DNA of 64,000 bases from Candidatus Sumerlaeaceae bacterium (GTDB lineage: Bacteria > Sumerlaeota > Sumerlaeia > Sumerlaeales > Sumerlaeaceae): NCBI GenBank assembly GCA_051003195.1, contig JBPCLP010000019.1:1-64000 (forward strand). The letters run 5' to 3'. Each line of letters opens with the position of its first letter. Within the stretch, counting starts at the first letter, position 1. This document shows positions 30,136 through 38,804 of the stretch, in pieces. A program made the translations under genes and the position numbers. The notes beneath the pieces were generated by a model, which was not told the origin of the DNA, ran no database searches, and was given only the letters and a program-made list of their open reading frames with translations.

Positions 30136-31163
30136 CGGGCCTCTGGCCTCTTTCGGAAATAGTCGTTCTGGTCCATGACGACGTCGCGGGCGAGGCGCTC
30201 CCAGAGTTCGATGCGGTTGAAGCTCGGTGCGAGCACCGCAGGCGGTAGTGTTTCGTAAATCTGCGCCGCGGTGCCGTACAGTGTAAGATCGGTCAGGCCT
30301 TCGTCGAACGCAACGCGCGTCGGTTTGCGCGCGACGCCGAGTTCCGCGATTGCTTCTGCAATGGTGTAATTCAGTTCGATCATCTGGTGTGTGTTGGTGC
30401 GCAGGTCGGACGTGGCCATGATCGCATCGAGCTGAGGAGCAACGTCGGAGGCGAATTGCGGCAGTTTGCGGAACGTGCGGTTCAGCCATTTGGTATAAGG
30501 CGCGTAGCGGCGGTTCAGCGTGAAGCAGAGTTCCATCACCTGTTTTGCATACTGCGATTTGTAGATTGTACCGGTGAGCAGATCATTGCGCTTTGCGGTT
30601 CGGTAGATGTTATACGGGGCGTCGCGGCCCGTGATATACATGCACCAGTCGGCGATCCGTTTGCCCCATATGTGGTCGGGATAATAGGCGAGTGTGTCGC
30701 GCCGACGTGTGAGCTCGCCGGGGCCGTCGATGACGACCACGCCAGACGTCACGTGCAACAGGTCGACTTCGCAGAGCTGCAGCCAGTCGAGGTCAATGGT
30801 TGGTAGCTGGTCCGTGCCGAGGAAGTAGCCGAAGAATTGATCAATTGCGGTGACGCAGACGCCGGTCATGCTGGTGAGGTCGTGTTCGATATGGAATCCA
30901 TTGTAGTCGCGCGGGAGTTTTTGGGACAGAACATCATAGACGCGCGGGAGCAGCGTTACCGCATCTTCGCGTAGCACCATCACATTCGCGCGTGGACCCC
31001 AGTGGTGGTCGCGGCTTATCTCGTCATCGAGGCCGACGACATCGGACCCGGTACCAATGACCGCGACGGCGAGTCGTTGCGCATCGCTTCCGAGTTCGCT
31101 CTCGAGCAGCGGCCAAAGCACTTCACGGATGAACTCGACGCTGATCTGTTGTCCGGTGGGCAT
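30132..31163 (-). CDS. DUF4037-domain protein (nucleotidyltransferase-like fold)
   Basis: GTGSDVVGLDDEISRDHHWGPR, VTSGVVVID, LAYYP, YAPYTKW. Confidence 0.85.
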   Translation of the reverse strand: MPTGQQISVEFIREVLWPLLESELGSDAQRLAVAVIGTGSDVVGLDDEISRDHHWGPRANVMVLREDAVTLLPRVYDVLSQKLPRDYNGFHIEHDLTSMTGVCVTAIDQFFGYFLGTDQLPTIDLDWLQLCEVDLLHVTSGVVVIDGPGELTRRRDTLAYYPDHIWGKRIADWCMYITGRDAPYNIYRTAKRNDLLTGTIYKSQYAKQVMELCFTLNRRYAPYTKWLNRTFRKLPQFASDVAPQLDAIMATSDLRTNTHQMIELNYTIAEAIAELGVARKPTRVAFDEGLTDLTLYGTAAQIYETLPPAVLAPSFNRIELWERLARDVVMDQNDYFRKRPEAR

Positions 31164-31165
31164 GG

Positions 31166-34100
31166 TCAGTTCCGGTGGCCCACGTAGATTACAGGCGCCT
31201 GCATCAGTCCATAGGGGAATATCTCATACTCGCTGCCGGGTGGGGGAGTGGACGGCGCGTTGTCCCAGGCATTGGGTCCCGTCCATCGTCCAGCCGGAGG
31301 CGTAGTGGCGAAGTGCGGGCCGAGCAGGTTCTTGGGGGTGCCGACAACTTCCACGGTGATTTCGTTTTGTCCGGCGGCGTGTGGGCCGGCAATTTCCAGT
31401 TCGTACGGCGGATACGCAATCTGTCCCCGTTCGTCGCCATTGAGAGATACGGTGACCACAGATCCGCGCCATTGGGGGAGTCGCAATTTCAGGCGTGTGG
31501 TGGATTCTGGCAATTCCACAGCAAAGTCGTAGCGCACGCTTTGATCGAACATGACGAGTCCCTGTTTAGTCCAGTCACCGAGTGCGACCGCCTGCGAAGC
31601 GGTAATACTAAATCCGACGGGAGCCGGCACGGTGCTGAAGTTGCCCAGGATATATACGCGGTCAATTTCACAAAGGATGTTGAAGGGCTGCGCGAGCAAC
31701 GTGACTACGTTCACGCCGGGCTGGATAAGCGAAGTTATGTCTGCGGCGCGAATGGTTTCATCCAGCCAGCGACGGCTGGATGTAAAGTCGATGGTCTTCC
31801 CGTTCACTGTGATGGTGTAGAGGTCAGGGCGTTCCAGTGCGAGCTCGATGGGACCCGCCTGCCGGATCGCCGCAAAGGCCTCGGGATCGATGGTGAAGCC
31901 CCGGTAGCTGATTACAAATCCGGAGTCTGCGGCGAAGGCGCGGTCGACAATGTTCCGGCGGAACTGCACGCTGCGATCCCAGGCATCCTGGTCAAACCCG
32001 TGCGCCTGCCATACTCGGCGATTCGCTTCTGTGACGTACAATCCCGAAAGCGTTGCGCCGTTCACCTCAAGGTCGCAGTAGTCCAACATGAGCACGTTCG
32101 GCGCGGTGCGTTGGGCGGACATGAACTCGGCGGAGAGTTGCATCCAGTTGAGAGGCTGTGCTGCAAGAACGGGAACGTCCGATTCAGTCTGAACCGGCAT
32201 GGAAACGCCTGCGGCCTCTGTCGTTGCTAACAATAAGCTGTGTCCAATGGCCGGCAGCGTGATCTCAGTAATGATGTGTCCGTCCTCAGTGGTGACCTGC
32301 AGTTCGTGGAGGTCGCCAGTGAATGTATCCAGGCAGTAGAGACGGCTGCCCGTAACCCGCAATGAGGCTCGATATGCCGTGTGGCTGGAGTTGACGAGAA
32401 AGTGCAATACTGCGCCATCGAATGTGCGGGCGTGGTGGGCGATGCATGGCTGCAGCGGAGCACCTGTCGCCGTCGTGACAAGTGGTGGCGATATCTGGCG
32501 AAGGTGTGCACAAAGCTCGGCGAGTGACTCGAACTGGACGCCAGGAACAGCAGCGGCACCAGCGACGCTGGAAGCAAACGTGTACACGGTGCCGCCTGAT
32601 CGCTGCAAAATTTCCAGAACACGGCGTGTGCTCTCCATCAGGGTGCGCGAACCTGGCGGAATTACCAGCGTGTCATAAGTTGCTTTTCCAACGCGCAGTT
32701 TGCCCTCAGGCAGCAGCTCGCAATGGTCCCGCAGGACCAACTCATCACACAAATCAAAATCCACCTGCTGGTCTGAGAGCCCTTGAATGAAATCGGCGTA
32801 TTCTTCGCGCTGCTGATCCAGCTTTGTAGTATCGAGCGCGTTCGCGTGCAACCAGCCGGTGGTGGTGGGATGCAGCACAAGCAGGCGCGCGATGCGTTCG
32901 CCGCGGGTGAGCATGTACGATAGCCGCGCCATGTGATCCGCGAGCGGACGGTACTTGTTCCACCATGCGCTGTGATCGCTGAACGATTGCGGATGATCGT
33001 ACTTTCGCGCGCCGCAGATCGTCTGGTAGCTCAGGTGCTCCGAGATAAGATTCACGCCGTGCACCAGCAGCCAGTCGGCCAGCTGTTTAAACTGTTCGAA
33101 CGTCGCCTCCCATCCCCCTACACCGTGTGCCTCGCACAACACTCGTGGCTTGCCAAGCTGACGCGCGGCACTTGCAACCTCGCGAACTGTCATGAGGTAG
33201 TGCCCGCTGTTGACGGGATTCTCGTAATCGAACTGCGGCGCGAGGAGATCAATGCCCGGAACATGAAAGTGGCGGAAGCCGTCCATCGAGCTCGGCTGGA
33301 AAAAAGGTTCGGGCCATGCATGCTCCATGAAATGCCCGGTGAACTGGAGATTGTGCGCCTCGCACCAGTCGTGGAGCGGCTTCAGGAAGTTCGCTGTCCA
33401 CAGGCGCTGAAGCGTGAGATAGAAATCGTGGCGTGTGGCTTCGCAACTGTCACTGTCTATGACGAGGTGGTGCAGGCGCGACAACAAATCGTAACCGTGC
33501 TCGCGCTGGAACTCTGCCAGTATTTCGCGCGACATGGTAATCGGATGCCGGCACGGCGATCCATACCCCACGCCGAGCATCGGCTCATCGCAGAACATCC
33601 AGCGGATTGTTTTGCCGAACTCGCGGCCAAAGTGCGCGGCATACGGCTCATAAGTCGTTGCGATAAACTCGCGCGCGACGTCCGCCCGTGTAAGATCGAC
33701 GTACGGGAACCCGGCCGTCCATGAGGTGCCCCCGACCCTGCGCAGCTGCATCAAAAGAATCGGGCTTTCACGCACAGCGTTCTCGATTTGATCGCGCGCG
33801 ACCTCGGCCATTACGTTACCGCCCGCATCCAGCCTGTACGCGCGCAATAGCTCGCCTTCAATGCGCACCGGTGCTTCTTTGACGACGACGGCATCCAGAT
33901 ACTGCGCAGCCGCTTCGGGAATCCGCGACGGTACGTGTCCGCCTGCGAAACCCGCCGGGTAGCTGTTCTCATCGTAGATGTTACACAACAGACCGAGGCG
34001 TTTGCATTCCACCAGCGCGAAACCCCACAAGTCGAACCACTCGTCGCTGAGATATTCGGTGATAAGGCCGGGGCGCGGGTGAACGAAAACGCCACCCATA

Positions 34101-34243
34101 CCCTGTTGCGCGAACTGCTCGAGCATCTCGGTAATGCGCGGGCGCGTCATCATGCCGTTCCACACCCACAGCGGCATCGAGCGGTATTCCACCGGCGGAT
34201 CACGAAACGCAGACAGGACGGTAGTGAGATTCGTCTTAATCAT
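31166..34243 (-). CDS. Large glycoside hydrolase, GH106-like
   Basis: FRDPPVEYRSMPLWVWN, GMGGVFVHPRPGL, YDENSYPAGFAGG, FCDEP, PGIDLL, SAARQLG..LCE, GVN. Confidence 0.8.
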   Translation of the reverse strand: MIKTNLTTVLSAFRDPPVEYRSMPLWVWNGMMTRPRITEMLEQFAQQGMGGVFVHPRPGLITEYLSDEWFDLWGFALVECKRLGLLCNIYDENSYPAGFAGGHVPSRIPEAAAQYLDAVVVKEAPVRIEGELLRAYRLDAGGNVMAEVARDQIENAVRESPILLMQLRRVGGTSWTAGFPYVDLTRADVAREFIATTYEPYAAHFGREFGKTIRWMFCDEPMLGVGYGSPCRHPITMSREILAEFQREHGYDLLSRLHHLVIDSDSCEATRHDFYLTLQRLWTANFLKPLHDWCEAHNLQFTGHFMEHAWPEPFFQPSSMDGFRHFHVPGIDLLAPQFDYENPVNSGHYLMTVREVASAARQLGKPRVLCEAHGVGGWEATFEQFKQLADWLLVHGVNLISEHLSYQTICGARKYDHPQSFSDHSAWWNKYRPLADHMARLSYMLTRGERIARLLVLHPTTTGWLHANALDTTKLDQQREEYADFIQGLSDQQVDFDLCDELVLRDHCELLPEGKLRVGKATYDTLVIPPGSRTLMESTRRVLEILQRSGGTVYTFASSVAGAAAVPGVQFESLAELCAHLRQISPPLVTTATGAPLQPCIAHHARTFDGAVLHFLVNSSHTAYRASLRVTGSRLYCLDTFTGDLHELQVTTEDGHIITEITLPAIGHSLLLATTEAAGVSMPVQTESDVPVLAAQPLNWMQLSAEFMSAQRTAPNVLMLDYCDLEVNGATLSGLYVTEANRRVWQAHGFDQDAWDRSVQFRRNIVDRAFAADSGFVISYRGFTIDPEAFAAIRQAGPIELALERPDLYTITVNGKTIDFTSSRRWLDETIRAADITSLIQPGVNVVTLLAQPFNILCEIDRVYILGNFSTVPAPVGFSITASQAVALGDWTKQGLVMFDQSVRYDFAVELPESTTRLKLRLPQWRGSVVTVSLNGDERGQIAYPPYELEIAGPHAAGQNEITVEVVGTPKNLLGPHFATTPPAGRWTGPNAWDNAPSTPPPGSEYEIFPYGLMQAPVIYVGHRN

Positions 34244-34343
34244 GGAAACCTGCAAATCTCTTTCTGTCTGCCGTGCAGACAAACAAAAAGTGACAAAAAA
34301 CCAGCTTGCGCACACGCGGGGCGCGACGCCATATTGCCGCATT

Positions 34344-35183
34344 ATGATTTCTGCAAACCACCGCGATGTTTACGACAACAACGGGTACGTCGTGGTCGAA
34401 GGCCTCTTTTCTAAAGAGGAGTGCTCGGCCTACATTGATCACTACATGCAACTGCGCGCGCTGGGTGCGTATCCCGGTGATTCGGTCGGTGTGAACCCGG
34501 CTTCCGATGATCCGCTGCTGCGCTATCCGCGTATGATACATATGCACCACTGGGATGAAACCAGCCTGAAGTGGCTGCTGGACCCCCGGTTCGATGAAGC
34601 GCTGACGGCGCTGCTGGGTGCGTCGCCACTTGCCGTGCAGACGATGCTCTACTTCAAGCCTCCCGGCGCTCGCGGACAAGCGCTGCACCAGGACAATTTT
34701 TATCTGCGTGTGCAGCCGGGTACCTGCATGGCGGCATGGCTTGCGCTGGACGACTGCGACCAGGACAACGGTTGCATGCAGGTGGTGCCGGGCAGCCAGA
34801 AGTGGCCGATCCTCTGCCCGCAGCAGGCAGACACCGGGCAGAGTTTTACCGATGTCACCGTTGCACTGCCGCCGGGTGCTGCACCGGTCCCGGTGGAAAT
34901 GAAAGCGGGCGATGTCCTGTTCTTTAACGGCAGCATTGTGCATGGCAGTTTTCCAAACCGGAGCGCCGACCGCTTTCGGCGGGCCTTGATCGCGCACTAT
35001 ATCGAGGGAAATTCTGAAATGGTGGTGGGGTTCTACGGCAAAGTCGTTCGGATGGACGGAAGTTCGGTTTCCATTGCAACGGCGCCGGAGGGCGGCCCGT
35101 GCGGTGTGTGGGTAAACCGGGATGGCGAGACTGTTCCCGAGATCGTGGCCGATGGATTACGCAAGGCGGCCATGGTCGAGTAG
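34344..35183 (+). CDS. Phytanoyl-CoA dioxygenase (PhyH) family 2OG-Fe(II) oxygenase
   Basis: FKPPG...LHQDNFY (HxD), AWLALDD, NGCMQVVPGS, GDVLFF...HGS, RRA. Confidence 0.9.
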   Translation: MISANHRDVYDNNGYVVVEGLFSKEECSAYIDHYMQLRALGAYPGDSVGVNPASDDPLLRYPRMIHMHHWDETSLKWLLDPRFDEALTALLGASPLAVQTMLYFKPPGARGQALHQDNFYLRVQPGTCMAAWLALDDCDQDNGCMQVVPGSQKWPILCPQQADTGQSFTDVTVALPPGAAPVPVEMKAGDVLFFNGSIVHGSFPNRSADRFRRALIAHYIEGNSEMVVGFYGKVVRMDGSSVSIATAPEGGPCGVWVNRDGETVPEIVADGLRKAAMVE

Positions 35184-35209
35184 AAAAGCTCGCGACACGC
35201 CTCCACGCT

Positions 35210-36547
35210 TTATTTGAAAACCGGCAGCATGGATCCGTGGGCGGTGATCAGGTCATCGCACATGGCGCGGATTTCGTCGAGCGTAAGTTCCGCAGCGGTG
35301 TGTGGATCGAGCATCGCGGCTTGGTAAACTGTGTCGCGACTGCCGGTAACGGCCGCTTCGATCGTCAGTAACTGCACATTGATGTTCGTGCGATTCAGTG
35401 CCGCGCATTGCTCGGGCAGGCGTCCGAAGTAGCAGCCCTGCACGCCGTTGCGATCGATGAGGCACGGCACTTCCACACAGGCTTCCTGGGGCAGGTTCGG
35501 GATAAATCCAGAGTTCAGGATATTGCCATGGATGCGGACAGGTTCGTTGTCTTCGATGGCCTGCATGATCAGCGAACCGTACTCGTGGCTGCGCTCGTGG
35601 GTGAGCTGCCGGTTGTTCACGATCTCCTCGCGGCGCTGTTTCCAGCCCTCGATCTGGTTGACGCAACGGCGCGGGTATTCGTCGAGCGGAATGTTCAGCT
35701 CTTCGATCAGCTCCGGGTTGCGGCTCTTGATCCAGTAGGGCATGTACTCGGCGTTGTGTTCCGAGCTCTCGGTCACGTAATATCCGAAGTGGCGCAATAT
35801 CTCAAATCGCACCATGTCGCGGTGTTTCGCGGCGCCCGGTTTCCTTGCTTCGGACACAATGCGCGCGGCGCGTTCTTTTATCTCCGGGTAGAGATCGCGC
35901 CCGTTATCGGTGATCTCGAGCAGCCACGCCATGTGGTTGATGCCGGCAATACGCCACTGCACGCTGGCGGGATCGTTACCCATCTCCAGCCACTTGAGCA
36001 GATGCGGCACGCAGGCCTGGACGGAGTGGCACAGGCCAACTGTTTTGACGCTGGTGTGGCGCAAAAGGAAACCCGTGAGAATCGCCATGGGGTTTACGTA
36101 GTTGAGAAACCAGGCATTGGGGCACACCTCTTCCATGTCGCGGGCAAATTCGCGCAGAACCGGTATTGTGCGCAGGCCGCGAAAAATACCGCCGATGCCC
36201 AGGGTGTCGGCAATGGTCTGTCGCAGCCCGTACTTTTTCGGGATCTCAAAATCGATGACCGTGCCCGGTTCGTAACCGCCCACCTGGATCGCATTGACCA
36301 CGTACTTCGCGCCGCGGAGCGCTTCGCGCCGGTTGTCGGCGCCAAGGTGGGCGGAAATCCGCATGCGGTCGCGGTTGATGCCGCGGTTGAGGTTTTCGAG
36401 CATCAGCCGCGAATCGTTGAGCCGTTCGGGATCGATGTCGTACAGCGCAATTTCAAAGTCGTGAAGGGCGGGCGACAGCATGCTGTCGCCGAGGATGTTC
36501 TTTGCGAAAACGGTACTTCCCGCACCCAGGAAGGTAATTTTAGCCAT
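35210..36547 (-). CDS. melA: GH4 NAD+-dependent alpha-galactosidase/alpha-glucosidase
   Basis: KITFLGAGSTVF, QTIADTLGIGG, NYVNPM, GLCHSVQ, AGINHMAW, TESSEHNAEY. Confidence 0.88.
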   Translation of the reverse strand: MAKITFLGAGSTVFAKNILGDSMLSPALHDFEIALYDIDPERLNDSRLMLENLNRGINRDRMRISAHLGADNRREALRGAKYVVNAIQVGGYEPGTVIDFEIPKKYGLRQTIADTLGIGGIFRGLRTIPVLREFARDMEEVCPNAWFLNYVNPMAILTGFLLRHTSVKTVGLCHSVQACVPHLLKWLEMGNDPASVQWRIAGINHMAWLLEITDNGRDLYPEIKERAARIVSEARKPGAAKHRDMVRFEILRHFGYYVTESSEHNAEYMPYWIKSRNPELIEELNIPLDEYPRRCVNQIEGWKQRREEIVNNRQLTHERSHEYGSLIMQAIEDNEPVRIHGNILNSGFIPNLPQEACVEVPCLIDRNGVQGCYFGRLPEQCAALNRTNINVQLLTIEAAVTGSRDTVYQAAMLDPHTAAELTLDEIRAMCDDLITAHGSMLPVFK

Positions 36548-36748
36548 GCGAGAGTTCATCGGCATGAGCGGGGTCGAGTCAAGCGGTCCGGGTGGCTGCT
36601 TTGCGCGGATGGGAGTCTTGTGAAAAGCCTGCGGAAAAGCGTGCGCTTGCTTCTACCCGCTACGGACTTCGTGAGATATGCGGGCTGGAGCAAAAAAGCG
36701 CACTAAAAGCCGGGCAATGGGAATTACACAGCCGCGCAGTTGTCAGAG

Positions 36749-36812
36749 TCTACACCCACCTAGAGAACTTCTGTCTCCACCCATGAACCCCTATCATGGA
36801 CGTCCCGGAGTT
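36749..36812 (+). repeat. Diverged third copy of the 64-bp TIR that flanks the CPBP gene
   Basis: tctacacccacctagagaacttctgtctccacccatgaacccctatcatgga aligns with 44315-44366. Confidence 0.75.
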
Positions 36813-36843
36813 CGCAGCAAAATATGTAAAGAGGACGTCATTA

Positions 36844-38370
36844 ATGAACACCCTATTTGGCTTTTTAAGCCGTGCCCTGGGGTATGGTTCACGCCACGCG
36901 GCGCCAGCTACGCACGAAGCCCCGGCAGCAGGCCCGCGCTTGCGCCATGGCTTGTGGTTTGCCTTTTTGTCCCTATCGCTTCTGCCAGGCCTGTCCGGCT
37001 CCGCCTTTGCGGCGGGCTGGTCTGACAGCGCACTCATAAATAACCCCGTATGCACCGCCGCCAATGACCAGTACGACCCCCAGATTGCCGCCGACGCAGC
37101 CGGAGGCGCCATCATCACATGGCGGGACAACCGAAACGGAACCAACAACGACATTTACGCGCAGCGATACGATGCGGCCGGCGCGCCCCAGTGGACCGCC
37201 GACGGAATCGCCGTATGCACCGCCGGCAGTGACCAATCAAACCCCCAGATCGCGGCCGACGCAGCCGGAGGTGCCATTATCACATGGCAGGACTTCCGAA
37301 GCGGAACCACCCCAGACATCTATGCGCAGCGCGTCAATGCTGCCGGAGCGCCACAGTGGACCGCCAACGGAATCGCTGTATCCACCGCCGCCAATTGGCA
37401 GGACCAACCCCAGATCGTCGTCGACGCAGCGGGAGGAGCCTTCATCACTTGGCAGGACTACCGAAACGGAACCAACTATGACATTTACGCGCAGCGGATT
37501 AACGCCGCCGGAGCGCCCCAGTGGACCGCCGACGGAATAGCCGTATCAACTGCCGCCGTTAGCCAGGAATCCCCCCAGATCGCCGCCGACGCAGCCGGTG
37601 GGGGCATCATCACATGGCAGGACTACCGAAGCGGAGAAGCCGACGTCTACGCACAGCGGGTCAATGCCGCCGGAGCGCCCCAGTGGACCGCCGACGGGGT
37701 CGCCGTATCCACCGCCGCCAATCAGCAGTACTCCTCCCAGATCGCCACCGACGGAGCCGGAGGCGCCATTATAACCTGGTACGATTACCGAAGCGGAACC
37801 AACTACGACATCTACACGCAGCGGATTAACGCCGCCGGAGCGCCCCAGTGGACCGCCGACGGAATAGCCGTATGCGCCGCCGCCAATCAGCAGTACTCCC
37901 CCCAGATCGCCGCAGACGCAGCCGGAGGAGGCATCATCACATGGCAGGACTACCGAAGTGGAACAGCCGACATCTACGCGCAGCGGGTCGACGCCGCCGG
38001 AGCGGCCCAGTGGACCGCCGACGGAATCGCCGTATGCGCCGCCGCCGATAGCCAGGACTATCCCCAGATCGCCGCCGACGCAGCCGGAGGAGCCATCATC
38101 ACATGGCGCGACTACCGAAGCGGATTCACCCCAGACATCTACGCGCAGCGCGTCAATGCCGCCGGAGCGTCACAGTGGGCCGCAAATGGAATCGCCGTAT
38201 CCACCGCCGCCGGTTACCAGGACAACCCCAACATCGTCGCCGACGCATCCGGAGCAGCCATCATCACATGGCAGGACTATCGAAGCGGAACCAACAACGA
38301 CATCTACGCGCAGCACATCAGCGGCGGCGGAATCCTTCCCGTAACCATGTCCGCTTTCACAGCGGAATGA
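36844..38370 (+). CDS. Secreted protein of eight ~55-aa repeats (probable beta-propeller) ending in PVTMSAFTAE
   Basis: 8 x (GIAVxTAxxxQxxPQIAADAAGGAIITWQDxRxG..DIYAQRVNAAGAPQW). Hydrophobic signal ending SAFA. Start uncertain (36796 or 36844). Confidence 0.85.
   Translation: MNTLFGFLSRALGYGSRHAAPATHEAPAAGPRLRHGLWFAFLSLSLLPGLSGSAFAAGWSDSALINNPVCTAANDQYDPQIAADAAGGAIITWRDNRNGTNNDIYAQRYDAAGAPQWTADGIAVCTAGSDQSNPQIAADAAGGAIITWQDFRSGTTPDIYAQRVNAAGAPQWTANGIAVSTAANWQDQPQIVVDAAGGAFITWQDYRNGTNYDIYAQRINAAGAPQWTADGIAVSTAAVSQESPQIAADAAGGGIITWQDYRSGEADVYAQRVNAAGAPQWTADGVAVSTAANQQYSSQIATDGAGGAIITWYDYRSGTNYDIYTQRINAAGAPQWTADGIAVCAAANQQYSPQIAADAAGGGIITWQDYRSGTADIYAQRVDAAGAAQWTADGIAVCAAADSQDYPQIAADAAGGAIITWRDYRSGFTPDIYAQRVNAAGASQWAANGIAVSTAAGYQDNPNIVADASGAAIITWQDYRSGTNNDIYAQHISGGGILPVTMSAFTAE
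37045..38330 (+). repeat. Intragenic tandem repeat, ~165-bp unit x8
   Basis: cagtggaccgcc recurs with a 162-165 bp period (for example the gtggaccgcc core at 37191 and 37356). Confidence 0.92.
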
Positions 38371-38482
38371 CCTGCCGCGCGGGGCGCTGAACCCCGTGCC
38401 ATAAGTCAGAGAAACGACCGGTTTTAGCGGTTTTGGGGATACCGGGACGGCTTGACCTAGCCGCGGATGAACGGTTAATATC

Positions 38483-38712
38483 TTAACGAGTGTCCCATAG
38501 GCTGCGTGTAATATTAGGGTCGCTGCAAGCAGCTCACGTGGAATGCATTCATTGGGACCCACGCACTGCGTACGGGGCTAAAAGCACAGCGGCGTCCTTC
38601 GGACTTGGTTGTTCAACCAGCGGGTCGCGGTGTGGAGCTTAAGTGCAATGCGTGCGACGGATGGGATTCGAGCAGCGCCGCAACTGGGAATGAAATGTCA
38701 CCCGTCCCGAAT
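38483..38712. repeat. 230-bp direct repeat, copy A: REP-like hairpins plus the start of a Y1 tnpA (minus strand)
   Basis: Near-identical to 40637-40866. Contains cccacgcactgcgtacgggg and gtcc-ttc-ggac hairpins. Minus-strand ATG 38498 gives MGHSLRY*. Confidence 0.9.
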
Positions 38713-38804
38713 GCCACTGCAATTTTCTTAGAACTGACCCGGCTTAAAGCTGTAGCTGATTTAATTCTTTGATGTGCCCCTGCCACGTCTGAAACGGTTT
38801 TGCC

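Noticed and set aside
30136..30489. Upstream part of ORF 29779..30489
   Set aside because: Out-of-frame overlap with DUF4037. The real start is the coupled ATG at 30135.
35408..36706. 432-aa plus-strand ORF (also 23452..24612, 31175..32230, 50001..51359, 26866..27786)
   Set aside because: These are antisense shadows of well-supported genes in GC-rich DNA, with no recognisable motifs.
37045..38330. CRISPR array or DGR variable region
   Set aside because: Units are 162-165 bp in-frame coding repeats with no unique spacers. There is no cas gene or reverse transcriptase in the window.
38648..38676. tRNA 3'-end fragment (gatgggattcga) as an att site
   Set aside because: Only a short T-loop-like match. 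No acceptor stem or cloverleaf, and no integrase nearby.
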